Shown here: positions 1 through 7,489 of the stretch, in pieces
Layout: the number at the start of each line of letters is the position of its first letter
Numbering within the stretch: the stretch's first letter is position 1
Assembly (NCBI GenBank): GCA_023898645.1
Contig: CP060232.1
Span: 540,001-572,000, forward strand
From: Candidatus Saccharimonadota bacterium
Lineage (GTDB): Bacteria; Patescibacteriota; Saccharimonadia; Saccharimonadales; Saccharimonadaceae
Direction: 5' to 3'
DNA length: 32,000 bases
Position numbers and translations under genes: made by a program
Notes under the pieces: generated by a model
The model's input: the letters and a program-made list of their open reading frames with translations, nothing else
What the model was told of the DNA's origin: nothing
Database searches by the model: none

Positions 1-1080
1 ATCAGCCGTATGGTTGCCGCTAGGCGGCAAGAAATGGCATATCCAGCTCGTTTGTATAGCATAGCTAATTTTATGCGTTATGAGCGTCCACAGCGTGGTC
101 GTGACCGAGAATTTTGGCAGCTCAATGCTGATTTGTTTGGTGTTGAGGGTTCGCTTGCCGATGCTGAAATTATCGAACTGGCACACGAGATCATGCAAGA
201 GTTTGGCGCTAAAGGCGACATGTATGTCATCCGGGTAAACAATCGTGACCTTATCGACCACATGATGTCTAGTTATCTTGGCCTTGATGCCGTTGGCTCG
301 CAACTCATGATTAAATTATTTGATCGCAAGGAAAAGATCTCTAATGACGATTTTGCTCAGCAGGCAGCCGAAATTTTTGGCAACGAGCAAGTCGAGGAAG
401 GTCTCGCAAAGTTACGGCAACTTGTTTCAGCTACGTCCATCGAAGACCTGCCGTCTGAATTGCACGAGACAGAATATGTCAAAGAGCTCGAAGACTTATT
501 CGAACAGTTACAAAGTGCTGGCGTTAAGAATGTTAAATTCGACATCACACTTATGCGTGGACTAGATTATTACACCGGCATGGTGTTTGAGGTCTTTGAT
601 CTACATCCGGACAATAATCGTTCGTTGTTTGGTGGAGGCCGTTATGACGGTCTAGTTGGCTTGTTTGGTGCAGAACCTATACCGACTGTCGGCTTTGCTC
701 CTGGTCTGACGACGACAGAACTATTCCTGAGGTCACATGAACTTCTTCCTGTACTTGCTCCGACAACTGAAATAAATATCCTTGTTGTAGACGATAGTAT
801 GTCTGCTGCGCTGGAAGCGGCTCGTAAATTGCGAGAAGAAGGCGTTAAGGTAGAAGTCGACATTAGTGGGCGTAAATTAGATAAGCAAATAAAGTCAGCG
901 CTCAAAAAAGAAGTTCCTTACTTGATGTTTGTTGGATCTAACGAAGTCCGAGAAGGTATATATACGCTGAAAGATACTGCCACGACAACCGAAGAAAAAA
1001 TGAGCTTAGAACGAATTATTGGCAAGGTGAAAGATCATAGGCGCAATGGCGTAGATAGTGACGAACTGCCAAATATTTAA
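1..1080 (+). CDS. hisS: Histidine--tRNA ligase, C-terminal ~359 aa; the 5' end lies outside the window
   Basis: The frame is open from base 1. Class II aaRS motif 2 (FMRYERPQRGRDREFWQLNADLFG) and motif 3 (GGGRYDGL) are present. They are followed by an anticodon-binding-type domain (INILVVDD...VPYLMFVGSNEVREGIYTLKD). Confidence 0.9.
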   Translation: MSRMVAARRQEMAYPARLYSIANFMRYERPQRGRDREFWQLNADLFGVEGSLADAEIIELAHEIMQEFGAKGDMYVIRVNNRDLIDHMMSSYLGLDAVGSQLMIKLFDRKEKISNDDFAQQAAEIFGNEQVEEGLAKLRQLVSATSIEDLPSELHETEYVKELEDLFEQLQSAGVKNVKFDITLMRGLDYYTGMVFEVFDLHPDNNRSLFGGGRYDGLVGLFGAEPIPTVGFAPGLTTTELFLRSHELLPVLAPTTEINILVVDDSMSAALEAARKLREEGVKVEVDISGRKLDKQIKSALKKEVPYLMFVGSNEVREGIYTLKDTATTTEEKMSLERIIGKVKDHRRNGVDSDELPNI

Positions 1081-1153
1081 CAGACTTATACAGCCAAATT
1101 TCATATCATAATAATTGTCCAATGAGTTCCAATTCCAAAGGAGGTCTCAGGAT

Positions 1154-1414
1154 GTGCTGAGGATAAATGCGACAAAAGTCGCAACTCTCGGTGTTCTCGG
1201 AGCCGTCCTGTTTACAGGTGGATCCATGGTTGCTGTTGCTACGGCGCCAGCAGCGAAGGCAGATTATTGTTCCAGTGGATGGGTGCCGACGACTACATGG
1301 TCGACATGCGACTATCCGATTGAACCTGATGGTAGTCACATACATTGCGACGCCGTGTTTGTATTTGGGTTCGGTGGTAGAAATTGCTATCGGGTATATC
1401 CGCCACCACCGTAG
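1154..1414 (+). CDS. Small secreted Cys-rich peptide with C-terminal YPPPP (paralog 1)
   Basis: An in-frame GTG at 1154 lies 9 nt after AGGAGG (1139-1144), the same spacing as in the paralog at 1581. The N-terminus (M)LRINATKVATLGVLGAVLFTGGSMVAVATAPAAKA is signal-peptide-like with an AxA site. The mature ~50 aa has 4 Cys and ends YPPPP. Confidence 0.6.
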   Translation: MLRINATKVATLGVLGAVLFTGGSMVAVATAPAAKADYCSSGWVPTTTWSTCDYPIEPDGSHIHCDAVFVFGFGGRNCYRVYPPPP

Positions 1415-1439
1415 CAGAAGGTCGTCTGTTCTGAGAGCA

Positions 1440-1486
1440 GCTCCGCGTTTACTTTCACCTGGAAGTGGGCGCGGAGCATTTCGTTT
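1440..1486 (+). terminator. Weak hairpin between the two peptide genes; possible partial terminator
   Basis: GCTCCGCG (1440-1447) pairs with CGCGGAGC (1470-1477) and is followed by ATTTCGTTT. The loop is long (22 nt) and the U-tract is interrupted. Confidence 0.3.
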
Positions 1487-1580
1487 GCAGCGACAGTGCT
1501 AGATATTTTACAGACCTGCATGACAGGACCGATTATCATAAAAATACCCAGAGGTACCATTCCAAAGGAGGTCCGAGGAA

Positions 1581-1916
1581 ATGTATAAGAAGTTTGCGGT
1601 AAAAGCTGCAACTCTGGGTGTTCTTGGAGCAGGTTTGCTTCTTGGCGGTACCGTCGTCACGGGAGCGTCGGCTCCCGAGGCGCATGCTAACGGATGCTTC
1701 GGATGGAATGGAATTTTCATTCATGCGCAGTGGTGTGGTGGCGGTCCATGGGGCGGATACCCTGGAATTGGGTATCCGGGAGGATGTGGTGGTTTCGGTG
1801 GGTGCTATCCGAATGTCGGATATCCACCACCTCCATTATTTCCCCCGCCACCTCCGCCACCACCACCGCCACCTCCTATTTGGGGACCTCCGGGTCCCGG
1901 TCCGTGTGGGTGCTAG
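1581..1916 (+). CDS. Small secreted Gly/Pro/Cys-rich peptide with a 12-Pro run (paralog 2)
   Basis: ATG lies 9 nt after AGGAGG. The signal peptide MYKKFAVKAATLGVLGAGLLLGGTVVTGASAPEAHA aligns position-for-position with paralog 1. The mature part shares the C-x-GW, W-x-C and GG-x-CY...YPPPP motifs with paralog 1, has 6 Cys, and ends PGPGPCGC. Confidence 0.65.
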   Translation: MYKKFAVKAATLGVLGAGLLLGGTVVTGASAPEAHANGCFGWNGIFIHAQWCGGGPWGGYPGIGYPGGCGGFGGCYPNVGYPPPPLFPPPPPPPPPPPPIWGPPGPGPCGC

Positions 1917-1932
1917 CCGTCCAAGAACACAC

Positions 1933-1977
1933 TCCGTGTCCCCGCCGCACTTAAAGGCGGGGCACGGAGATTTTTTT
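1933..1977 (+). terminator. Rho-independent terminator after the peptide pair
   Basis: TCCGTGTCCCCGCC (1933-1946) pairs with GGCGGGGCACGGA (1957-1969) with a 1-nt bulge. The stem is followed by GA plus TTTTTTT (1971-1977). Confidence 0.85.
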
Positions 1978-1995
1978 GCGAATCATCGCCACCTC

Positions 1996-2004
1996 TGTTA
2001 TAGT
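1996..2004 (+). promoter_or_regulatory. Extended -10 element (TGtTATAGT) directly upstream of the tig ATG
   Basis: TG is at 1996-1997 and TATAGT at 1999-2004. Only 9 nt separate it from the ATG at 2014, with no Shine-Dalgarno sequence, which implies a leaderless or near-leaderless tig mRNA. Confidence 0.4.
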
Positions 2005-2013
2005 TATGTAAAT

Positions 2014-3288
2014 ATGAAGACCACCACAAAATACCTATCAGATACCAAAGTTATGATGACCATCACGCTCGATAAAAGCGAGTTAGATGATGCCGAAAAG
2101 GTTGCGTTACATAAGCTTTCAAAAAACGTTAAGGCCCCAGGTTTCCGTAAAGGTAAAGTTCCAATCGCCGTCGCTGCCAAATATGTAGATCCAAACACAT
2201 TAGCAAACCAGACGGTTGACGACGCGCTTAGCAAAGCCGTGTCAGTCGCCTTTACTGAAGAAAAGATACAAGCACTTGATCGCCCTCAGGTAGAGGTTAC
2301 GAAATTTGTTCCTGGTCAAGAACTTGAATTCACTGCAGAAGTAGATGTATTACCAAAGGTGAAACTTGGCAAGTATAAGAAAATGGGCGTCAAACGAGTC
2401 GTCAGTAAGGTTAAAGAATCAGAGATTGATGATGTCGTTGAACGAATGCGTAGCGGTCTTTCTGAACGTAAGGAAGTTAAGCGAGCAGCCAAGGACGGTG
2501 ATGAAACCGTCATCGATTTCATCGGGAAGCGTGACGGCGTTGCATTTGACGGCGGTACGGCAAGTGACTACACATTAAAACTAGGCTCTAACCAATTTAT
2601 ACCTGGATTTGAAGAAGGTGTCGTCGGCCATAAAGCTGGCGAGGAATTTGATATATCTCTAAAGTTTCCGGAAGACTATCATGCCGACGCTCTTGCTGGT
2701 CAAGATGTCGTCTTTACAGTTACGCTCAAGACCGTAAATGACGTAGCGCTACCTGAAGTTAATGATGCATTTGCTGCCAAAGCCGGACCATTCAAAACAG
2801 TCAAGGAGCTTCGAGATGACATCGAACGTGAGCTTGCGAAGTCTCACGAGCGTGAAGCAGATGATAAGTTTAAGGATGAGTTGGTTGCTAAGCTCGCAGA
2901 AGTCAGTGACGCCCCTGTGCCTGAAATTCTGATTGAAGACCAAGCTCGCTCAATTGAACAAGATATGTCACAAAATCTCGCATACCAAGGTATGACCATC
3001 GAGAATTACCTCGAGAGCAAAAAGTTGTCTCACGAGGAATGGCTGAAGACAGAGGTCCGCGATGCAGCCGAACGCCGCGTAAAGGCCGGACTTGTATTAG
3101 CAGAGATGAGCAAGGTGGAAGAAATCACTGCGACGAGCGAAGAGCTCGCTGCAAAGGTGAATGAATACCAGCAAATGTATGGTAAGCAATCCGGACAGGA
3201 CTTCACAAGCCCTGAGCTACAGCGCGATATTGCCAATCGACTCTTGACCGACAAGACAATTGACCGACTGGTCGAACTCAATAAATAG
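2014..3288 (+). CDS. tig: Trigger factor (ribosome-associated chaperone/PPIase)
   Basis: The ribosome-binding signature GFRKGKVP is present near the N-terminus, followed by an FKBP-like middle region (DFIGKRDGVAFDGG...IPGFEEG). Length is 424 aa, with typical tig-clpP adjacency. The start is taken at the internal ATG 2014 of ORF 1618..3288. Confidence 0.9.
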   Translation: MKTTTKYLSDTKVMMTITLDKSELDDAEKVALHKLSKNVKAPGFRKGKVPIAVAAKYVDPNTLANQTVDDALSKAVSVAFTEEKIQALDRPQVEVTKFVPGQELEFTAEVDVLPKVKLGKYKKMGVKRVVSKVKESEIDDVVERMRSGLSERKEVKRAAKDGDETVIDFIGKRDGVAFDGGTASDYTLKLGSNQFIPGFEEGVVGHKAGEEFDISLKFPEDYHADALAGQDVVFTVTLKTVNDVALPEVNDAFAAKAGPFKTVKELRDDIERELAKSHEREADDKFKDELVAKLAEVSDAPVPEILIEDQARSIEQDMSQNLAYQGMTIENYLESKKLSHEEWLKTEVRDAAERRVKAGLVLAEMSKVEEITATSEELAAKVNEYQQMYGKQSGQDFTSPELQRDIANRLLTDKTIDRLVELNK

Positions 3289-3292
3289 TAGA

Positions 3293-3324
3293 ATTAGCAC
3301 TCTATTGACGTGAGTGCTAATTTT
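3293..3324 (+). terminator. Hairpin terminator after tig
   Basis: ATTAGCACTC (3293-3302) pairs perfectly with GAGTGCTAAT (3312-3321) and is followed by a TTT run. The loop contains the -35 box of the clpP promoter. Confidence 0.7.
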
Positions 3325-3334
3325 GATTTATACT
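3305..3334 (+). promoter_or_regulatory. clpP promoter: TTGACG, 18 nt spacer, TATACT
   Basis: TTGACG is at 3305-3310 and TATACT at 3329-3334. The ATG at 3341 lies 7 nt after the -10 box and no SD is present, which is the geometry of a leaderless mRNA. Confidence 0.55.
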
Positions 3335-3340
3335 TAATAC

Positions 3341-3937
3341 ATGACAAAACCAACGAACTATTTAGTACCAACGGTTATTGAACAATCTTCAGAGGGCGAA
3401 CGGGCGTTCGACATATATAGTCGATTGCTAAAAGAACGCATTATTTTTCTGGGTGAAGATGTGAATGAGCATACGGCAAATCTTGTTGTTGCCCAGTTAT
3501 TGCATCTTGCCTATGAAGATCCAAAAAAGGACATCAAACTATACATCAACAGTCCTGGCGGTAGTGTGTATGACGGATTTGCTATTTACGACACCATGCA
3601 ATACATCTCACCTGACGTTCAGACGATAGGAATTGGTGTACAGGCAAGTATGGGGGCATTTCTTCTCTCGAGCGGCACGAAAGGCAAGCGTATCGTTCTG
3701 CCAAATAGCCGATTGATGATTCACCAGCCTTCTAGTGGTACTCAGGGAAAGATTACCGATCAAGAGATTTCTCTTCGTGAGGGAATTTACCTGAAGCACA
3801 GGCTTAACGAAATTCTTGCGAAAAACACTGGTCAGAAGCTGGCGAAGGTAGAAAAAGACACCGACCGCGACTTTTGGATGAGCGCCGAAGAGGCCGTAAA
3901 ATACGGCCTCGCCGATCAAGTCATAACAAAGGCTTAA
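3341..3937 (+). CDS. clpP: ATP-dependent Clp protease proteolytic subunit
   Basis: Catalytic Ser context [11 protein letters not shown], His context MIHQPS and Asp context [18 protein letters not shown] are all present. Length is 198 aa. Confidence 0.95.
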   Translation: MTKPTNYLVPTVIEQSSEGERAFDIYSRLLKERIIFLGEDVNEHTANLVVAQLLHLAYEDPKKDIKLYINSPGGSVYDGFAIYDTMQYISPDVQTIGIGVQASMGAFLLSSGTKGKRIVLPNSRLMIHQPSSGTQGKITDQEISLREGIYLKHRLNEILAKNTGQKLAKVEKDTDRDFWMSAEEAVKYGLADQVITKA

Positions 3938-3967
3938 ATTCGTACTATATTTTATCCTGTAAAACTA

Positions 3968-3996
3968 TTGACTATCTTGTTATAGGTGTTCATAAT
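3968..3996 (+). promoter_or_regulatory. Candidate rpoBC promoter: TTGACT, 17 nt spacer, CATAAT
   Basis: TTGACT is at 3968-3973 and CATAAT at 3991-3996. This would give a ~120 nt leader containing small hairpins. Confidence 0.5.
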
Positions 3997-4121
3997 AACC
4001 TGCAAGAAGTAGAATAGCTTGGTATCCTTATGTCAATTTTTTGTGGCGAAAAAAATGACTACCAAGCCTAGTGGATCTTCGGGCCGGATCACTAAATTAA
4101 CTAAATACATTGCGAGGATAA

Positions 4122-7100
4122 ATGGCAAAGGCAACTCAGGGTAATGCCCGTGTGTTCTTTACTAAGGACGACACCGCGTTACCACTCCCAAACCTTATCG
4201 CTCATCAAAAAGACAGCTGGCGTGAATTCGTCGAGACTGGCTTGAGCGAAATATTTACTGAACTTAACCCGATCGAGGATTATACTGGTCAGAAGCTCGA
4301 ATTGCGCTTCAAGCAGTATCATTTCCAAGATCCAAAACTAACAGAACTTCACGCCAAGGAAAACAACCTGACGTTTGATGCGCCACTACACGTCAATGTA
4401 GAGCTGACCAACAAGGTCACTGGTGAAGTTAAAGAGCAAGAGATCTACCTAGGTGACTACCCATGGATGACAGACCGCGGTACGTTTATCATCAACGGTA
4501 CCGAGCGTGTTGTTGTTTCTCAGCTCATTCGTAGCGCAGGCGTATTCTTTACGGCTGATGTTGCAGCTGGCCGAAACTTCTACGGCGCAAAGCTTATCCC
4601 AGGCCGTGGTGCATGGCTTGAGTTTGAGACAGCTCCCGGTGGTGCAATCTACGTCAAGATTGATCGTCGTCGTAAGCTGCCTGTTACAACACTGTTACGT
4701 GCTCTTGGACACAGCAAAGTGTCTGAAATCAAGACAATGTTTAGCGATGTAGACAATGGCGACATGAAATACATCGAAGCGACTCTCGAAAAGGACCCGG
4801 CCCGTGGTGCTAACGAAGCGCTTATTGAGGTTTACCGTCGCTTGCGACCAGGTGACCTTGCAACCGTAGACAACGCCCGTACTATGATTGAGCGCATGTT
4901 CTTTGACTTTAAGCGCTTCGACTACAGCCGTGTCGGCCGCTATAAGATGAACCAACGCCTTGCCATCGACATGCCAAACACTACTGAAAGCCGCGTCTTC
5001 CAGATGTCGGACTTGATTGCGATCATTCGCGAGATCATCCGCCTAAACAACTCGCAAGAACTTCCAGATGACATCGACGCCCTTAACAATCGTCGTGTCA
5101 AATTGGTTGGTGAGCTGGTTGCCCGCCAGTTCCGCGTCGGTATGCTTCGTATGCAACGAAACGCTATGGACCGTATGTCTATGAGCGACATCGAAACAGT
5201 TACACCTGGTCAGTTGATCAACGCCCGCCCAGTCGTTGCCGCCGTACGTGAGTTCTTTGCAAGTTCACAGCTAAGCCAGCTGATGGACGAGACGAACCCG
5301 CTTGCAGAGCTAAGCCACAAGCGCCGCCTATCTTCGATGGGTCCTGGCGGTTTGAGCCGTGAACGTGCTGGATTCGACGTTCGCGACGCGCACCCAACTC
5401 ATTACGGACGCCTTTGTTCTGTTGAAACACCTGAAGGCGCAAACATTGGTCTCGTGCTCAACCTTTCTACCTACGCACGTATCAACGAATACGGTTTCAT
5501 CGAAACCCCTTACCTAAAAGTCGTTAAGGGTAAAGTGACTGACGAAGTAGTTTATCTTGATTCAAGTCAGGAAGCTACAGAAGTCATCGCTGATGCTGGT
5601 GCTGCACTCGACAAAGACGGTAAATTCGTCGACGAACGTGTTAGCGCCCGAAATGGCCTCTTGCCAGAGCAAGTTGACGCTTCAGAAGTGACTTTCATGG
5701 ACGCCGCACACAAGCAGATTCTTGGTTCAACCGCATCACTCGTGCCATTCATCGAGAAAAACCGTGTCGACCGTTCTTTGACCGGCTCAAACATGCAGAA
5801 GCAGGCTGTACCACTTCTTAATCCTGAATCTCCAATTGTTGGAACGGGTATTGAGGCAGAAATCGCAAAGAATACGAGTCAACTAGTTGTTGCCGAAGGC
5901 GCGGGCGAAGTTGTTCGTGCAGATGGCGACGAAGTTCACGTTAAATACGCTGATGGAGTTAAGAAATACGAGCTGATCCACTTTGCCAAGAGCAACGACG
6001 ATCGTTCGATTAACCAAAAAGTTCGCGTTACACGTGGCGACAAGGTTACTAAGGGTACAACATTGATCGAAGGTGCATCAATCGCCGATGGCGAACTTGC
6101 ACTTGGCCGTGACATGCTTGTTGCCTTTATGCCTTGGGGTGGATACAACATGGACGACGCCATCGTCCTTAGCGATCGCCTTGTCAAAGACGATGGACTA
6201 ACCAGTATTAACATCAAGGATTACAACGTTGAAGTACGCGAAACTAAGCTTGGTGCTGAAATCGTTACTCGCGACATCCCGAATGTTAGTGAAGAATCTC
6301 TACGTCACCTTGACGAAAACGGTATCGTACAAATCGGCTCAGAAGTTAAGGCTGGTGACGTGCTTGTCGGTAAGATTACTCCAAAAGGCGAGCAAGAGCT
6401 CAGCTCTGAAGAGCGTCTGCTCCGAGCTATCTTCGGTGAAAAAGCCAAAGACGTTCGCGATACCTCACAGCGCATGAACAATGCCGGTGGCGGTAAGGTT
6501 GTCGGTGTGAAGATCTTTAGTCGTGAGAACGGCCATGAGCTAAAAGCCGGCGTATTGATGCAAATTCAAATCTTTGTAGCTCAGCTTCGCAAGATTAGCG
6601 TAGGTGACAAGTTAGCTGGTCGTCACGGTAACAAGGGTGTTGTAGCGCGTATTCTACCTATCGAAGACATGCCGTTCATGGAAGATGGCACACCTGTTGA
6701 CGTCGTTTTGAACCCGCTTGGTGTCCCGAGCCGTATGAACATCGGTCAGTTGTTTGAGACTCACCTAGGTATGGCGGCTCGCGCACTTGGTTATAAAGTT
6801 GCAACTCCTCCATTTAACGGAGTACCTAACGACGTAATCAGTGACGAACTTGAAAAAGCTGGTTTTGCCCGTGACGGTAAGAGTCAATTATTTGACGGCC
6901 GCACAGGTGAGGCGTTTGAGGAACGAACTACTGTTGGTGTGATGCATATCATTAAGCTACACCACATGGTTAGCGACAAGATTCACGCTCGTTCAACCGG
7001 TCCATACACTATGGTCACTCAGCAACCTCTCGGTGGTAAAGCGCAAAACGGTGGTCAGCGCTTCGGAGAGATGGAGGTTTGGGCACTTGAAGCTTATGGC

Positions 7101-7487
7101 GCAGCCACTACACTACAAGAAATGCTTACAATTAAATCTGACGATGTCTACGGACGTGCAAAGGCGTATGAGTCAATCATTAAGAACGAACCGATTGTCG
7201 GTCCAAAGCTTCCAGAAAGCTTTAACGTCCTCGTGAAAGAGCTGCAAGGTCTTGGTTTACGCGTTGACTTGCTGGACGAGATTGAAAGCGGTGAAGGTAT
7301 CGTAATCGATGCAGAGGAAGTCATCGCAGAAGGTGGCCCAGAGGACAAGACTGTTCCTGTGGCACTCAGCGCATCGGATGACGGAGAAGAAACTGTTTTG
7401 GATGAAGCAGATGATGTAGATCTTGAAGAAGATGGCATGAGCATCCAGGACTTAGATGAAGTAGAAGAAATCAAGGAGGAGGTATAG
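4122..7487 (+). CDS. rpoB: DNA-directed RNA polymerase subunit beta
   Basis: Full-length beta subunit homology, including the Rif-cluster region FFASSQLSQLMDETNPLAELSHKRRLSSMGPGGL and GNKGVVARILPIEDMPF. An SD-like GAGGA lies upstream. The protein carries a 69 aa acidic C-terminal tail. Confidence 0.97.
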   Translation: MAKATQGNARVFFTKDDTALPLPNLIAHQKDSWREFVETGLSEIFTELNPIEDYTGQKLELRFKQYHFQDPKLTELHAKENNLTFDAPLHVNVELTNKVTGEVKEQEIYLGDYPWMTDRGTFIINGTERVVVSQLIRSAGVFFTADVAAGRNFYGAKLIPGRGAWLEFETAPGGAIYVKIDRRRKLPVTTLLRALGHSKVSEIKTMFSDVDNGDMKYIEATLEKDPARGANEALIEVYRRLRPGDLATVDNARTMIERMFFDFKRFDYSRVGRYKMNQRLAIDMPNTTESRVFQMSDLIAIIREIIRLNNSQELPDDIDALNNRRVKLVGELVARQFRVGMLRMQRNAMDRMSMSDIETVTPGQLINARPVVAAVREFFASSQLSQLMDETNPLAELSHKRRLSSMGPGGLSRERAGFDVRDAHPTHYGRLCSVETPEGANIGLVLNLSTYARINEYGFIETPYLKVVKGKVTDEVVYLDSSQEATEVIADAGAALDKDGKFVDERVSARNGLLPEQVDASEVTFMDAAHKQILGSTASLVPFIEKNRVDRSLTGSNMQKQAVPLLNPESPIVGTGIEAEIAKNTSQLVVAEGAGEVVRADGDEVHVKYADGVKKYELIHFAKSNDDRSINQKVRVTRGDKVTKGTTLIEGASIADGELALGRDMLVAFMPWGGYNMDDAIVLSDRLVKDDGLTSINIKDYNVEVRETKLGAEIVTRDIPNVSEESLRHLDENGIVQIGSEVKAGDVLVGKITPKGEQELSSEERLLRAIFGEKAKDVRDTSQRMNNAGGGKVVGVKIFSRENGHELKAGVLMQIQIFVAQLRKISVGDKLAGRHGNKGVVARILPIEDMPFMEDGTPVDVVLNPLGVPSRMNIGQLFETHLGMAARALGYKVATPPFNGVPNDVISDELEKAGFARDGKSQLFDGRTGEAFEERTTVGVMHIIKLHHMVSDKIHARSTGPYTMVTQQPLGGKAQNGGQRFGEMEVWALEAYGAATTLQEMLTIKSDDVYGRAKAYESIIKNEPIVGPKLPESFNVLVKELQGLGLRVDLLDEIESGEGIVIDAEEVIAEGGPEDKTVPVALSASDDGEETVLDEADDVDLEEDGMSIQDLDEVEEIKEEV

Positions 7488-7489
7488 TC

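Noticed and set aside
1115-1153. The TTG start at 1115 for the first small peptide, and the overlapping ORFs 1167..1502, 1106..1345(-), 1694..1954 and others.
   Set aside because: The AGGAGG site (1139-1144) lies inside this extension. The GTG at 1154 reproduces the RBS spacing and signal-peptide register of the paralog. The other ORFs are out-of-frame overlaps with no RBS.
1618-2013. The N-terminal 132 aa of ORF 1618..3288, which would extend trigger factor upstream.
   Set aside because: This stretch overlaps the peptide gene 1581..1916 in another frame and runs across its terminator (1933-1977). Its sequence (…HHLHYFPRHLRHHHRHLL…) is the frame-shifted shadow of the polyproline tract. Trigger-factor homology begins only at the ATG at 2014.
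5218-5345. Possible rifampicin-resistance substitutions in RpoB cluster I.
   Set aside because: The key positions, as I align them (D516, H526, S531 equivalents in SQLMDETNPLAELSHKRRLSS), carry the wild-type residues. The other differences look like ordinary lineage variation.
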